Source: Escherichia coli O157:H7
Lineage (GTDB): Bacteria; Pseudomonadota; Gammaproteobacteria; Enterobacterales; Enterobacteriaceae
Strand: one strand, 5' to 3'
Assembly: GCF_013167455.1 (NCBI RefSeq)
Contig: NZ_CP038328.1
Length of the DNA: 64,000 bases
How positions within the stretch are numbered: position 1 is the first letter of the stretch; every line of letters begins with the position of its first letter. The notes below the pieces were generated by a model. That model was not told the origin of the DNA. It saw only the letters and a program-made list of their open reading frames with translations, and made no database searches. This document shows, in pieces, positions 50,980 through 62,845 of this stretch. The translations under genes and the position numbers were made by a program.

Positions 50980-51720
50980 ATGCGTAAAATCGCATTAATT
51001 CTTGCGATGTTGTTGATCCCGTGCGTTTCGTTTGCCGGTTTGCTGGGCAGCAGTAGCTCGACCACGCCAGTGAGCAAAGAGTATAAGCAGCAGTTGATGG
51101 GATCCCCTGTCTACATCCAGATCTTCAAGGAAGAACGTACGCTCGATCTCTACGTCAAAATGGGCGAGCAATATCAACTGCTCGACAGCTATAAAATCTG
51201 TAAATATTCCGGCGGCTTAGGGCCAAAACAGCGTCAGGGCGATTTCAAAAGCCCGGAAGGGTTTTATAGCGTCCAGCGTAATCAGTTAAAACCAGACAGC
51301 CGTTACTACAAAGCGATTAATATTGGTTTCCCCAATGCCTATGACCGTGCGCATGGTTATGAAGGGAAATACCTGATGATCCACGGCGATTGTGTTTCCA
51401 TCGGCTGCTACGCGATGACCAATCAGGGCATTGACGAGATTTTCCAGTTCGTTACTGGCGCACTGGTATTTGGTCAGCCGAGCGTGCAAGTGAGCATTTA
51501 CCCGTTCCGCATGACCGACGCCAATATGAAGCGCCATAAATATTCCAACTTTAAGGACTTCTGGGAGCAACTGAAGCCAGGCTACGACTACTTTGAGCAA
51601 ACCCGTAAGCCACCGACCGTTTCTGTGGTCAATGGCCGTTACGTGGTCAGCAAGCCGTTAAGCCACGAAGTTGTGCAACCACAACTGGCATCAAACTACA
51701 CGCTCCCCGAGGCAAAATAA
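50980..51720 (+). CDS. yafK: L,D-transpeptidase family protein YafK
   Basis: 246 aa with signal peptide [19 protein letters not shown]. Confidence 0.95.
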   Translation: MRKIALILAMLLIPCVSFAGLLGSSSSTTPVSKEYKQQLMGSPVYIQIFKEERTLDLYVKMGEQYQLLDSYKICKYSGGLGPKQRQGDFKSPEGFYSVQRNQLKPDSRYYKAINIGFPNAYDRAHGYEGKYLMIHGDCVSIGCYAMTNQGIDEIFQFVTGALVFGQPSVQVSIYPFRMTDANMKRHKYSNFKDFWEQLKPGYDYFEQTRKPPTVSVVNGRYVVSKPLSHEVVQPQLASNYTLPEAK

Positions 51721-52458
51721 GCGCCATTCGCCTGGCATAATCTTTTGCCAGGTTTCATTGCCCGTCAGCGGCTGTGTCGCAATCACCGTGACCACATCAT
51801 TCGGTGTGGTCTGCGAGCTGAAGTCGATTTCCACATCCTGATCCAGCAACGTTGCCACGCCAAACGGCGCGCGGCGGGTGATCCAGTGCAGATTGGTCGA
51901 GCAATACGCCATTACATAGCGCCCATCCGAAAGCAGCATGTTGAAAACGCCCTTCTGCCGCAGTTCATCCGCCAGTGAGGCGATATATTTAAATACCGCC
52001 GCCATATTGCCCGGCGTACGCGGATAACGCTGCGTTAATTTATACAGCAGCCAGCAAAAGGCTTTTTCGCTGTCGGTTTTACCTACCGGGCGGAAGTTGC
52101 CGGTTTCCAGTGATTTATAGCCCGTCAGTTGTCCGTTATGGGCATAAGTCCAGTTACGTCCCCATAACTCGCGGGTAAACGGGTGAGTATTTTCCAACGC
52201 CACCTCGCCCCGATTTGCCTGGCGAATATGAGCCACAACCGAACAGGATTTTATCGGGTAGTCCTGAACAAGTTTGGCAATGGGGGAATTAAAGCTGGGT
52301 TGTGGATCTTTAAATGTGCGACAGCCTTTACCTTCGTAAAAGGTAATGCCCCAGCCATCTTTATGTGGCCCGGTTCCACCACCACGCTGCACCAGCCCGG
52401 TGAAACTAAAGCAAATATCGGTAGGGACGTTGGCGCTCATCCCGAGCAATTCGCACAT
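51691..52458 (-). CDS. yafJ: Class II glutamine amidotransferase YafJ
   Basis: Start [19 protein letters not shown]..., 255 aa; N-terminal Cys nucleophile. Confidence 0.95.
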   Translation of the reverse strand: MCELLGMSANVPTDICFSFTGLVQRGGGTGPHKDGWGITFYEGKGCRTFKDPQPSFNSPIAKLVQDYPIKSCSVVAHIRQANRGEVALENTHPFTRELWGRNWTYAHNGQLTGYKSLETGNFRPVGKTDSEKAFCWLLYKLTQRYPRTPGNMAAVFKYIASLADELRQKGVFNMLLSDGRYVMAYCSTNLHWITRRAPFGVATLLDQDVEIDFSSQTTPNDVVTVIATQPLTGNETWQKIMPGEWRLFCLGERVV

Positions 52459-52499
52459 CGGTAACCCCCACAACAGCGGGAGCGCATGGCCCCCGGCGA

Positions 52500-52560
52500 A
52501 GATTGACTTAAGAATTTTCAGGCCGGATGCGGCGTAAACGCATTATTCGGCCTACGCCAG
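52500..52560. repeat. REP element
   Basis: ggccggatgcggcgtaaacgcattattcggcctacgcc between yafJ and gmhA. Confidence 0.7.
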
Positions 52561-52562
52561 AC

Positions 52563-53141
52563 TTACTTAACCATCTCTTTTTCAATTAACTGGATCAGGA
52601 TATGGATCACTTTAATGTGAATTTCCTGAATGCGGTCGGCATAACCAAAATGTGGAACGCGAATTTCAATATCCGCCGTACCAGCCATTTTGCCGCCATC
52701 TTTGCCGGTCAGGGTAATCACTTTCATTCCCTTCTCACGCGCCGCCGCGATCGCTTTGATCACGTTTGCAGAGTTACCAGACGTGGAGATCCCCAGCAGT
52801 ACATCGCCTTCGCGGCCTACCGCTTCAACATAGCGGGAGAAAATATCATTGAAACCAAAATCGTTACCGACGCAGGAAATATGGCTGACGTCAGAGATGG
52901 CAATCGCCGGGTAGCCCGGACGGTTTTCACGGTAGCGACCGGTCAGCTCTTCGGCAAAGTGCATGGCGTCGCAATGGGAGCCGCCGTTGCCGCAGGAAAG
53001 CACCTTGCCACCGGCTTTAAAGCTGTCTGCTAACAGGACCGCCGCTCGCTGAATGGCGTGAATATTGGCGTCATCTTTTAAAAAGTTAGCCAGCGTTTCC
53101 GCCGCTTCGTTCAGTTCGTTACGAATAAGATCCTGGTACAT
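52563..53141 (-). CDS. gmhA: Phosphoheptose isomerase
   Basis: Start [20 protein letters not shown]..., 192 aa. Confidence 0.95.
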
Positions 53142-53380
53142 GAGGATATCCTTCAGCATAAATGTAATAGACAAAATGCAGTGTACCGGATACCGCCAAA
53201 AGCGAGAAGTACGGGCAGGTGCTATGACCAGGACTTTTTGCCCTGAAGTGTAGATAAAAACAGCAACAATGTGAGCTTCGTTGTAATTATATTGTAAACA
53301 CATTGCTAAATGTTTTTACATCCACTACAACCATATCATCACAAGTGGTCAGACCTCCTACAAGTAAGGGGCTTTTCGTT

Positions 53381-55825
53381 ATGATGATTTTGAGTATTCT
53401 CGCTACAGTTGTCCTGCTCGGCGCGTTGTTCTATCACCGCGTGAGCTTATTTATCAGCAGTCTGATTTTGCTCGCCTGGACAGCTGCCCTCGGCGTCGCT
53501 GGTCTGTGGTCGGCGTGGGTACTGGTGCCTCTGGCCATTATCCTCGTGCCGTTTAACTTTGCACCTATGCGTAAGTCGATGATTTCCGCGCCGGTATTTC
53601 GCGGTTTCCGTAAGGTGATGCCGCCGATGTCGCGCACTGAGAAAGAAGCGATTGATGCGGGTACCACCTGGTGGGAAGGCGACTTGTTCCAGGGCAAGCC
53701 GGACTGGAAAAAGCTGCATAACTATCCGCAGCCGCGCCTGACCGCAGAAGAGCAAGCGTTTCTCGACGGCCCGGTAGAAGAAGCCTGCCGGATGGCGAAT
53801 GATTTCCAGATCACCCATGAACTGGCGGATCTGCCGCCGGAGTTGTGGGCGTATCTGAAAGAGCATCGCTTCTTCGCGATGATCATCAAAAAAGAGTACG
53901 GCGGCCTGGAGTTTTCAGCTTATGCCCAGTCTCGTGTGCTGCAAAAACTCTCCGGCGTCAGCGGGATCCTGGCGATTACCGTCGGCGTGCCGAACTCATT
54001 AGGCCCCGGCGAGCTGCTGCAACATTACGGCACTGACGAGCAGAAAGATCACTATCTGCCGCGTCTGGCGCGTGGTCAGGAGATCCCTTGCTTTGCACTG
54101 ACCAGCCCGGAAGCGGGTTCCGATGCGGGCGCGATTCCGGACACCGGGATTGTCTGCATGGGCGAATGGCAGGGCCAGCAGGTGCTGGGGATGCGTCTGA
54201 CCTGGAACAAACGCTACATTACGCTGGCACCGATTGCGACTGTGCTTGGGCTGGCGTTTAAACTCTCCGACCCGGAGAAATTACTCGGCGGTGCAGAAGA
54301 TTTAGGTATTACCTGTGCGCTGATCCCGACCACCACGCCGGGCGTGGAAATTGGTCGTCGCCACTTCCCGCTGAATGTGCCGTTCCAGAACGGACCGACG
54401 CTCGGTAAAGATGTCTTCGTACCGATCGACTACATTATCGGCGGGCCGAAAATGGCCGGGCAAGGCTGGCGGATGCTGGTGGAGTGCCTCTCGGTAGGCC
54501 GCGGCATCACCCTGCCTTCCAACTCAACCGGCGGCGTGAAATCGGTAGCGCTGGCAACGGGCGCGTATGCTCACATTCGCCGTCAGTTCAAAATCTCTAT
54601 CGGTAAGATGGAAGGGATTGAAGAGCCGCTGGCGCGTATTGCCGGGAACGCTTATGTAATGGACGCTGCGGCATCGCTGATTACCTACGGCATTATGCTC
54701 GGCGAAAAACCTGCCGTGCTGTCGGCTATCGTTAAGTATCACTGTACCCACCGCGGGCAGCAGTCGATTATTGATGCGATGGATATTACCGGCGGTAAAG
54801 GCATTATGCTCGGGCAAAGCAACTTCCTGGCGCGTGCTTACCAGGGCGCACCGATTGCCATCACCGTTGAAGGGGCTAACATTCTGACCCGCAGCATGAT
54901 GATCTTCGGACAAGGAGCGATTCGTTGCCATCCGTACGTGCTGGAAGAGATGGAAGCGGCGAAGAACAATGACGTCAACGTGTTCGATAAACTGTTGTTC
55001 AAACATATCGGTCACGTCGGTAGCAACAAAGTTCGCAGCTTCTGGCTGGGCCTGACGCGCGGTTTAACCAGCAGCACGCCAACCGGCGATGCCACTAAAC
55101 GCTACTATCAGCACCTGAACCGCCTGAGCGCCAACCTCGCCCTGCTTTCTGATGTCTCGATGGCAGTGCTGGGCGGCAGCCTGAAACGTCGTGAGCGTAT
55201 CTCGGCACGTCTGGGTGATATTTTAAGCCAGCTTTACCTCGCCTCTGCCGTTCTGAAGCGTTATGACGACGAAGGCCGTAATGAAGCCGATCTGCCGCTG
55301 GTGCACTGGGGCGTACAGGATGCGCTGTATCAGGCAGAACAGGCGATGGACGATTTACTGCAAAACTTCCCGAACCGCGTGGTTGCCGGGCTGCTGAATG
55401 TGGTGATCTTCCCGACCGGACGTCATTATCTGGCACCGTCTGACAAGCTGGATCATAAAGTGGCGAAGATTTTACAAGTGCCGAACGCCACTCGCTCACG
55501 TATTGGTCGCGGTCAGTACCTGACGCCAAGCGAGCATAACCCGGTTGGTTTACTGGAAGAGGCGTTGGTGGATGTGATTGCCGCCGACCCGATTCATCAG
55601 CGGATCTGTAAAGAGCTCGGTAAAAATCTGCCATTTACCCGTCTGGATGAACTGGCGCACAACGCGCTGGCGAAGGGGCTGATTGATAAAGATGAAGCCG
55701 CTATTCTGGTGAAAGCGGAAGAAAGCCGTCTGCGCAGTATTAACGTTGATGACTTTGATCCGGAAGAGCTGGCGACGAAGCCGGTAAAGTTGCCGGAGAA
55801 AGTGCGGAAAGTTGAAGCCGCGTAA
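53381..55825 (+). CDS. fadE: Acyl-CoA dehydrogenase FadE
   Basis: Start [20 protein letters not shown]..., 814 aa. Confidence 0.97.
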   Translation: MMILSILATVVLLGALFYHRVSLFISSLILLAWTAALGVAGLWSAWVLVPLAIILVPFNFAPMRKSMISAPVFRGFRKVMPPMSRTEKEAIDAGTTWWEGDLFQGKPDWKKLHNYPQPRLTAEEQAFLDGPVEEACRMANDFQITHELADLPPELWAYLKEHRFFAMIIKKEYGGLEFSAYAQSRVLQKLSGVSGILAITVGVPNSLGPGELLQHYGTDEQKDHYLPRLARGQEIPCFALTSPEAGSDAGAIPDTGIVCMGEWQGQQVLGMRLTWNKRYITLAPIATVLGLAFKLSDPEKLLGGAEDLGITCALIPTTTPGVEIGRRHFPLNVPFQNGPTLGKDVFVPIDYIIGGPKMAGQGWRMLVECLSVGRGITLPSNSTGGVKSVALATGAYAHIRRQFKISIGKMEGIEEPLARIAGNAYVMDAAASLITYGIMLGEKPAVLSAIVKYHCTHRGQQSIIDAMDITGGKGIMLGQSNFLARAYQGAPIAITVEGANILTRSMMIFGQGAIRCHPYVLEEMEAAKNNDVNVFDKLLFKHIGHVGSNKVRSFWLGLTRGLTSSTPTGDATKRYYQHLNRLSANLALLSDVSMAVLGGSLKRRERISARLGDILSQLYLASAVLKRYDDEGRNEADLPLVHWGVQDALYQAEQAMDDLLQNFPNRVVAGLLNVVIFPTGRHYLAPSDKLDHKVAKILQVPNATRSRIGRGQYLTPSEHNPVGLLEEALVDVIAADPIHQRICKELGKNLPFTRLDELAHNALAKGLIDKDEAAILVKAEESRLRSINVDDFDPEELATKPVKLPEKVRKVEAA

Positions 55826-55832
55826 TTGAATA

Positions 55833-55858
55833 ACGGAGCCGAAAGGCTCCGTTTCTTT
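55833..55858. terminator. Bidirectional terminator between fadE and ivy
   Basis: acggagcc gaaa ggctccgt followed by TTCTTT. Confidence 0.7.
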
Positions 55859-55867
55859 ATCCGCTAA

Positions 55868-56341
55868 TTATTTAAAATTAAAGCCATCCGGATGGTTTTC
55901 CAGGCTGCCGGTCAACGCCGCGAACAGCACCGTTTTACCATCAATCGAAAGCGCATCGTTCACATTCAACCAGGTCAGTTTCTCTTGCGACGTTTTCTCA
56001 TCAATAGTCGAGAACAGCCCCGTCATCTGATTAGATTTCTCGGACCACATCACAGCGATACGTTGCGAGCCACAGTCATGCGGTTTGCACGCGCTCATCA
56101 CCTGATACGTCTCATCTCCCAACGTTACGGTTTGTGCAGGGGTATAAGTACCGCCTTTCATCACCCAGGCAGGCAGCTTATGCCCTTGCACCATCTGATT
56201 AAATGCAGCTTTGGTGGTTTCGCCCTTTGCAAGGCTGCTAATGGTTAAATCATCCTGCGCCATTGCACTGGTGGCGATGACCAGTGCGGCGACTGTCGTT
56301 ATTGCCTTAAACATCATTCCTCCCGAGCTTATCCTGCCCAT
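55868..56341 (-). CDS. ivy: Inhibitor of vertebrate lysozyme
   Basis: 157 aa with signal peptide and ..CKPHDC.. loop. Confidence 0.95.
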   Translation of the reverse strand: MGRISSGGMMFKAITTVAALVIATSAMAQDDLTISSLAKGETTKAAFNQMVQGHKLPAWVMKGGTYTPAQTVTLGDETYQVMSACKPHDCGSQRIAVMWSEKSNQMTGLFSTIDEKTSQEKLTWLNVNDALSIDGKTVLFAALTGSLENHPDGFNFK

Positions 56342-56494
56342 GTTATTAACCTCCTAAAGCCTGGCGATAACACGATAATTTGCAAATCAGATATTTCCAA
56401 TATCAGCATTTGTTATCAATTTATTCTGCGCTAAGGCAACTGCCTGATAAGGTGTTAAAGTTATAAAACCCTTCGCATAAAGGAGTTGTACACC

Positions 56495-57265
56495 GTGCCT
56501 GGTTTGAAGATTACGCTTTTGCAGCAACCACTGGTGTGGATGGATGGTCCTGCCAACCTGCGTCATTTTGATCGTCAACTGGAAGGTATTACCGGGCGCG
56601 ATGTGATCGTTCTACCGGAGATGTTTACCAGCGGCTTTGCCATGGAAGCGGCTGCTTCGTCGCTAGCACAAGATGACGTAGTGAACTGGATGACAGCCAA
56701 AGCGCAGCAGTGCAATGCGCTGATTGCAGGCAGTGTTGCATTACAAACGGAGTCTGGTTCGGTTAACCGCTTTTTGCTGGTTGAGCCGGGCGGCACGGTA
56801 CATTTTTATGATAAGCGTCATCTGTTCCGCATGGCAGATGAGCATCTGCATTATAAAGCGGGCAATGCGCGAGTGATTGTGGAATGGCGCGGCTGGCGTA
56901 TTTTGCCGTTGGTGTGCTACGACTTACGTTTTCCGGTGTGGTCGCGCAATCTCAACGATTATGACCTCGCCATCTACGTTGCCAACTGGCCTGCTCCGCG
57001 CTCTCTGCACTGGCAGGCATTGCTGACGGCCCGCGCGATTGAGAATCAGGCGTATGTGGCGGGATGCAATCGCGTCGGCAGCGATGGCAACGGCTGCCAT
57101 TATCGCGGTGACAGCCGGGTGATTAATCCACAAGGCGAGATTATCGCTACTGCCGACGCGCATCAGGCAACGCGCATTGATGCGGAGCTGTCGATGGTGG
57201 CATTGCGGGAATATAGAGAAAAGTTTCCGGCATGGCGGGATGCGGATGAGTTTAGGTTGCGGTGA
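56495..57265 (+). CDS. yafV: Omega-amidase / nitrilase-family hydrolase YafV
   Basis: GTG start, PGLKITLLQQPLVWMDG...; 256 aa. Confidence 0.95.
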   Translation: MPGLKITLLQQPLVWMDGPANLRHFDRQLEGITGRDVIVLPEMFTSGFAMEAAASSLAQDDVVNWMTAKAQQCNALIAGSVALQTESGSVNRFLLVEPGGTVHFYDKRHLFRMADEHLHYKAGNARVIVEWRGWRILPLVCYDLRFPVWSRNLNDYDLAIYVANWPAPRSLHWQALLTARAIENQAYVAGCNRVGSDGNGCHYRGDSRVINPQGEIIATADAHQATRIDAELSMVALREYREKFPAWRDADEFRLR

Positions 57266-57329
57266 GTGGGGGCTGTATTTAGGGCGGGGAATTCAGAAAG
57301 GGATGTTTAGTGTGCTGAGCGAGAGTTAA

Positions 57330-58620
57330 ATAATAAAAAACTGGGAAGATTTAATAATCCCCCCGCAGGGCAAGAGCATGAATTAAATCTGTGTTAAATT
57401 TTTCATTTTGTCAGTTCGAAACCCAAGCTCTGAGCAGGATGCAAGCACTTCTTCTATATAACATGTGTTTAACGCAACCTTCTTTCTTTTCCTCTTCACC
57501 CCACCCTTAATGTCTTTGCAATCTCTTAATAAATTCAGTGCCATCTTCTTTATTCCAGATATTATTTCGGCTGCGTTTCCTCTTCTTATCCGGCTGGCAT
57601 CTTCATTCATTTTTACATCTAACACCCAATGAAGACTGTGCTCGATCAGCCAGTGCGCTCTGATAGCATGTGCAAATTCTTTAGCATCCATATCCTTTGA
57701 TGAAATATAATATCGGATGCTTACACCTTCTGCTGATTTATCTTCTTTCTTCTGCCTGAATGACAATGCTACACAAAGCTTTTTTAATCCCTTCCATTCG
57801 AATTCAAAATCACAAAATTCAGGCGTTACGTTACTGACAATATGCAAACGTGTTTCTTTTCTTCCATGACTTATCTCCTGCGTACTAAACGAATCGCCTT
57901 TATAATTAGAAAACACATTTACAGGAAATTTTTCCTCGAATGCATGATGTAATTTCCCCTGATTGCCTTTTACTGCCAGAAGATAATCTGCTTTTTTATC
58001 TTTGATCTTCGAAGCGATATCTTTCTGACAGCCCATAGCATCAATGGTTATCAAATTTTTCTTTAAATTCAGTAGGTTAAGCAACTCTGGAATGGCTGTA
58101 ATCTCATTACTTTTGGCTTCCGTTTTTACCTGCCCCAGTACAACACCATTTTCGTTCGAGAATGCACTCACCATATGGATTGCTCCTTTTCTTTTTCCCT
58201 TATCAAAGGAGCCTCTTATGGTCTTTCCATCTATTGCTATAATTTCACCATCAGTGATTTCATGGCACTCCTGCATCCATTCAATAAATATCTTTTCAAA
58301 GGCCAAACTGTCAATGTTACTCACAACGCGTGCAATGGTGTCATCGACCGGAATGCCATTATCAAAATCACCATATTTCTTTAGCCATTCAAGTCTTTCA
58401 TGTCCAAAATCTTCAATTTCCTGCCACTCATCGGCACCTGCAATTACTGCACATACGGTGAGAAACAAAATATCAGATAATTTATGTTTAACCTTTCCTT
58501 GTTGTCGTATATCAGGGATCACTGAAATATAATCAAGCAAACTTTGAATACTCACCTGGCGTCCTTTTTATCTTTTTAGTTATTCCAAAGGTTAAATTTT
58601 GATCACCTGTAGGCGTTAAA
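57330..58620 (-). mobile_element. ISAs1-family insertion sequence (H-repeat element), boundaries approximate
   Basis: Single transposase ORF 57383..58555; ends not delimited. Confidence 0.6.
57383..58555 (-). CDS. ISAs1-family (H-repeat-associated) transposase
   Basis: 390 aa MSIQSLLDYISVIPDIRQQGKVKHKLSDILFLTVCAVIAGADEWQEIEDFG... Confidence 0.9.
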   Translation of the reverse strand: MSIQSLLDYISVIPDIRQQGKVKHKLSDILFLTVCAVIAGADEWQEIEDFGHERLEWLKKYGDFDNGIPVDDTIARVVSNIDSLAFEKIFIEWMQECHEITDGEIIAIDGKTIRGSFDKGKRKGAIHMVSAFSNENGVVLGQVKTEAKSNEITAIPELLNLLNLKKNLITIDAMGCQKDIASKIKDKKADYLLAVKGNQGKLHHAFEEKFPVNVFSNYKGDSFSTQEISHGRKETRLHIVSNVTPEFCDFEFEWKGLKKLCVALSFRQKKEDKSAEGVSIRYYISSKDMDAKEFAHAIRAHWLIEHSLHWVLDVKMNEDASRIRRGNAAEIISGIKKMALNLLRDCKDIKGGVKRKRKKVALNTCYIEEVLASCSELGFRTDKMKNLTQI

Positions 58621-58735
58621 GCCAGGATGAAAATCGTGATTTACATCACGATTTTCATGATCTTGCCCTGCCCCGTCCCTTGCTCTCATGTCTTTCTGTA
58701 TGTATTTTATATTTTTCTCTTTCTGGTGTTGTTCA

Positions 58736-58999
58736 TTATGACCATTTACCAATCCAGTCAAAAACTTCATTTTTCAAATTGTTATCATAATAATCAACAT
58801 CATAATAGTCTCCATAATTAATTATTTTATAACTAGCCTTCTTGTTTTTATCACTAAAATACACCCGTTGTTTTGTAGCGCAGAACTCCATATTCTCCAG
58901 TTTACTAATGTTTTTTAATCGCACGCTATAAAGAATATCATTGAAAAAATTAAGATTTATATCAACCACTCCACAGTGCGTCTTGTAATTATTAACCAT
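58736..58999 (-). CDS. Hypothetical small protein, candidate orphan immunity protein
   Basis: 87 aa, very AT-rich, downstream of the orphan Rhs toxin tip. Confidence 0.35.
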   Translation of the reverse strand: MVNNYKTHCGVVDINLNFFNDILYSVRLKNISKLENMEFCATKQRVYFSDKNKKASYKIINYGDYYDVDYYDNNLKNEVFDWIGKWS

Positions 59000-59049
59000 T
59001 ATACTTATAAAATGACCATTCCCTCTACTAATTTTTTGGTCATTAATTA

Positions 59050-59217
59050 TTTTATAAATAATATTTTTTCAGAAAGATATATCTCAACGCTCTTTGGTGT
59101 TTTATGTCCATAAAATACGATGTCAGAATTTGAATTGTTATCAAACCCAAGGTAAACAACAAATAAACAAAGGGTAATTAAAAAAATGACAAGTTTGCCT
59201 CTAATAATTTGAAGCAT
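59050..59217 (-). CDS. Hypothetical small membrane protein (55 aa), candidate immunity protein
   Basis: ATG at 59217 overlaps the last codons of the Rhs fragment; [56 protein letters not shown]; not in the ORF track. Confidence 0.35.
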
Positions 59218-60961
59218 CTGAACTCCCTTGCTTTGCTTTTATTGGATTATCTGCTTTTATACCATCTAACCCGAAGAGTTGCCCAATGTTATATTTTTCA
59301 ATACATGCATCGCTACATTTGGCAGAAAAATCGCCACAAGCAATACCGACAGTGTTATTTTTAAGATCCATGATTCTTTCTTTAGCTGGCTGACCTTGTC
59401 TATCCCCAGCCGCCTCATGATTTTTACCTATCACGTCAGCTATTGTTGATCCAAATGTCTTAGTCATTCGACACATCAAGTAACAATATCTCATTGCATC
59501 GGCGGCCCCATTATGAGCTCCGCCAACAATAGCATCCATATCATAACCGAACTGGTAAGCACTGTTAGTAATGCTGTTTGCAACAATCAATCCAGGTACA
59601 CCAGATACGGCATAAATTAGTCCACCTGATGTCATATTCTCAATCGCATCTAACCCCATTGGGTCTATCACTTGTATGGGATTCAACGGATACTGATACA
59701 TATTCCATCCACCTCTCAACCCAATCGGGTCCGGGGTGATATACCGCCCCTGCAACGGATCGTAGTACCGGTGACGGTTATAGTACAGCCCCGACTCCTC
59801 ATCATGCTGCTGGCCCGGCAGACGGTACGGCTGGTGCAGGTGATGCGGGTTCTCCTCATTAAGCTGGTTGCCCCATTCATCATATTCCGCGCTCCACGCC
59901 GTATTGCCGTCTTCGCTGATAAGCGCCAGCGGCAGTCCCCGGTGGTCACAGTGGTACAGATGCAGCGTGCGCGCCGGCGTGTATTCCGGCTCCACCTGTT
60001 TTTCCAGTTGCTCCACCGTCAGTCCGCACTGCGCAAGCCACGCCCGGCTTTCACTGCTCACGCGGTCTGCCCGGATTTCTTCCTCCAGCCTGTCCAGCAT
60101 CCTCACCAGTTCTGCCGGGAACACCACACCGTGACCGTCCTCACTCCCTTCCTGCTGGAGTTTCTCCGCCAGGCTGCGGCGCTGCGCTTTCTCCCGCTCG
60201 CCGTTCTCCGTTTCGATGCGGATGAGCGGTGTGAAGCTCCCCGGCCGGTATACCGTCTGGATACGTGTGGTGCCGGTCTGTACCGTCGTCAGCCTGTCGC
60301 CGTCCCACCCGTACCAGGTCACCTCCGGTTTACGCGACAGCGACATCCACCCCGTCAGGTCACGCTCCCGCCGCCACACCCGTTTCCCCGTCCGGCGGCC
60401 CAGCGGGTCATAGAGGTAGCGGCTCTCGACCAGCGGCTCGCCGTATTGTATCCGCGTGTAGAACACCAGGCGGTGCTGGTTGTCGTAATGGTAGTGGTGG
60501 GTCCGCTCGTCGTGCATCCGGATAACCCCTTCCGGAATGCGGTCCGTCTTCTCCGTCAGCCTGCCGTATTCATCATAGCGGTAGACATAGTGCGCATCTT
60601 CCGCGATGCGGTTATCCGGCCACGCCGTGAGCGTGCTGTCCGGATGCAGTTCCGGGTCCGGCAGCCGGTTTCCTGCCGGGTCCGTTGCATACGGGATATC
60701 GATATCCAGGTTCGCTGCCGTGGTGTGGACGCCCGTCAGCCTTCCCGTGTCGCTGTAACGGTACTCCCGGCTCTCCTGCGGGCCGCTGATGCGGATTAGC
60801 TGTCCGTTGTCGTTCCAGTCGTAGTCACAGTCAAGCTGCGGGAGGTTCAGGTGCCTGCTCTGTAGCTGCCCTGTGAGGGTGTACGCCGTGACCTGTTCGT
60901 ACCCCGCTGTACTGCCCGCCCCGCCGAAGCTGCGGGCCGTCTCACGGTGCAGCCAGGGCAA
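59201..60961 (-). CDS. Orphan Rhs core fragment with C-terminal toxin tip (N-terminally truncated, likely silent cassette)
   Basis: 586 aa with YD repeats, core end ..[29 protein letters not shown].., then about 150 aa unassigned tip; abuts the ISAs1 transposase gene at 60964 with no upstream rhs sequence. Confidence 0.8.
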   Translation of the reverse strand: MPWLHRETARSFGGAGSTAGYEQVTAYTLTGQLQSRHLNLPQLDCDYDWNDNGQLIRISGPQESREYRYSDTGRLTGVHTTAANLDIDIPYATDPAGNRLPDPELHPDSTLTAWPDNRIAEDAHYVYRYDEYGRLTEKTDRIPEGVIRMHDERTHHYHYDNQHRLVFYTRIQYGEPLVESRYLYDPLGRRTGKRVWRRERDLTGWMSLSRKPEVTWYGWDGDRLTTVQTGTTRIQTVYRPGSFTPLIRIETENGEREKAQRRSLAEKLQQEGSEDGHGVVFPAELVRMLDRLEEEIRADRVSSESRAWLAQCGLTVEQLEKQVEPEYTPARTLHLYHCDHRGLPLALISEDGNTAWSAEYDEWGNQLNEENPHHLHQPYRLPGQQHDEESGLYYNRHRYYDPLQGRYITPDPIGLRGGWNMYQYPLNPIQVIDPMGLDAIENMTSGGLIYAVSGVPGLIVANSITNSAYQFGYDMDAIVGGAHNGAADAMRYCYLMCRMTKTFGSTIADVIGKNHEAAGDRQGQPAKERIMDLKNNTVGIACGDFSAKCSDACIEKYNIGQLFGLDGIKADNPIKAKQGSSDASNY

Positions 60962-62160
60962 GATTACGAAAGCCCGCTCCCCGCAAGGACTGACGCCAGA
61001 TAGTTTCTGTCCATGGCTGCTTTTCGCATCTTACGTCTTAACCCTGCCTTGAATACCTTATCATTCGTCAAAATATTAATAGCAATGTGCCGTATCCCTG
61101 AAAATAATTCTGCTGCATTTCCTCTTCTTATTTTGCAGTCGTCTTCATTCATTACCACGTCCAGACGCCAGTGCAGCTTATTCTCCACGTGCCAGTGGTT
61201 TCGGATTGCTGTGGCGAACTTCCCTGCGGTTAAATCAGCAGAACTGATATAATATCTGACCGTCATTTTTGGCTCTTTCTTTTGTTCTGCTATTATGGAC
61301 CGAAAGGAGACTGCCACGCATAATTTCTTCAGCCCTTTCCATTCAAACGTGAAATCAATAAGTTCATCAGGGACTTCGCAAACAATATGAAGACGGATTT
61401 CTTCTCTGCCGTGACTCTTTTCACTAATTGCGTAACTGTCATGCTCTGGATTATTTAATTCTTTCAGCGGAAATTTTTCCTCAAAGGCTTTATTTAGCCG
61501 CCCCTGGTTTCCTTTTACCGCGAATAAATAATCACCTCCCTGTTTTTGTATCTTCTCTGCAATATCTTTCTGGCACCCCATCGCATCAGTTGTGATGATT
61601 TTTCCTTTAATATCCAGTATGTTAAGAAGTTCAGGGGGAGCTGTAATCTCATTAGATTTCTCATCCGTCTTGATCTGTCCGATGACCAGACTGTGCATTG
61701 TTGAGAACGCACTAATGACATGAATCGCTCCCCTGCGGCGACTCTTGTCATAAGAGTGCCGGAGCGTTTTTCCATCAATTGCAATGACGTCTTTATCATC
61801 TGAAGAATGGCAGTCACGCATCCAGTTAATAAAGCACTCATGAAATTTTGCAGGACTGATACAGGATACAACTCTGGCAATGGTATCGTGGACAGGAATA
61901 GCATTTTCAAAATCACCATATTGCCTCAAAAAATCGAGATGCGTTTCACCAAAATCCTCTATATCTTCCCAACCTTCTGCACCAGAAATGACGGCACAAA
62001 TAGTCAACAGTAGAATATCTGACAATTTATGTTCTACTTTCCAGGCTTGTCTGTAATCGGGGATAATAGAAATATGTTCCATCAATTTTTTAAGTTCCAT
62101 TTTGTTCTCCTTATTTATGCAAGGAGTATTTGATCATATGTAAGCTGTGAAAAACAGTTT
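60950..62160 (-). mobile_element. ISAs1-family insertion sequence (H-repeat element), boundaries approximate
   Basis: Transposase ORF 60964..62100; ends not delimited. Confidence 0.6.
60964..62100 (-). CDS. ISAs1-family (H-repeat-associated) transposase
   Basis: 378 aa [51 protein letters not shown]...; diverged from the 57383..58555 copy. Confidence 0.9.
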   Translation of the reverse strand: MELKKLMEHISIIPDYRQAWKVEHKLSDILLLTICAVISGAEGWEDIEDFGETHLDFLRQYGDFENAIPVHDTIARVVSCISPAKFHECFINWMRDCHSSDDKDVIAIDGKTLRHSYDKSRRRGAIHVISAFSTMHSLVIGQIKTDEKSNEITAPPELLNILDIKGKIITTDAMGCQKDIAEKIQKQGGDYLFAVKGNQGRLNKAFEEKFPLKELNNPEHDSYAISEKSHGREEIRLHIVCEVPDELIDFTFEWKGLKKLCVAVSFRSIIAEQKKEPKMTVRYYISSADLTAGKFATAIRNHWHVENKLHWRLDVVMNEDDCKIRRGNAAELFSGIRHIAINILTNDKVFKAGLRRKMRKAAMDRNYLASVLAGSGLS

Positions 62161-62207
62161 TAGATAATAAGGAACATCTCAATTATTGAACATTTAGTGC
62201 GAATTAT

Positions 62208-62507
62208 TTAGTACAAAAAAGCGGCGTTAGGTGATCTTTCCCTGAGGTGAGGAGATATTAACATGGACAAAAACAAGAAACTTATGACAGAAGAAATATA
62301 AGGAATTATTATACAAGCTATTAAATCAACAATAAAAGATCTTTTAAAAAATAACAAAAAACAGAACACTATCAAAACATAAAAAGCAAACAAAAAACAA
62401 TAAGCATGTTGATTGAATATTTTAAATACATGTTCTTTTACAATAAAAAAATGAATGGTTATCGAACAAGCCAGCAATAATAACCTTATTATTTTCATAA
62501 GCTCCAT
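62208..62507 (-). CDS. Hypothetical hydrophobic small protein (possible vestigial immunity gene)
   Basis: 99 aa ORF in a very AT-rich tract; could be a chance ORF. Confidence 0.25.
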   Translation of the reverse strand: MELMKIIRLLLLACSITIHFFIVKEHVFKIFNQHAYCFLFAFYVLIVFCFLLFFKRSFIVDLIACIIIPYISSVISFLFLSMLISPHLRERSPNAAFLY

Positions 62508-62845
62508 CCACTAAAATGCTGGAGATATAAAAAATGAACCAAACGGCTTCTTTGGCCCATACTTAGGTTTGGGGTGTAGAATCTTAGTCATAAGATCTAT
62601 GCCGAGTCATGTGCTGGCCACATACTTAATGATACAAAAAGCTATATTTTCATCTTTTCTCTTGCGACTTTTGATGCATCTGCCAAGTACATCGTAATGA
62701 TAACCGGCGACGAAGATGCCAGTTTTGGTTTCAACTTGCGCTTTGATGAGCTTGTTGCAGTCGTCGTAAACGTAATTTTGTGTGTAGGTGTTGTAGCGAC
62801 TGGTAAAGTTTTTCTACTCTCCATTTTTCTGTTACCTGTTTAAAG

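Noticed and set aside
59672-60799. 375-aa plus-strand ORF across the Rhs fragment
   Set aside because: Arg/Pro-rich translation of the GC-rich antisense strand, fully nested in a gene with clear Rhs homology on the minus strand
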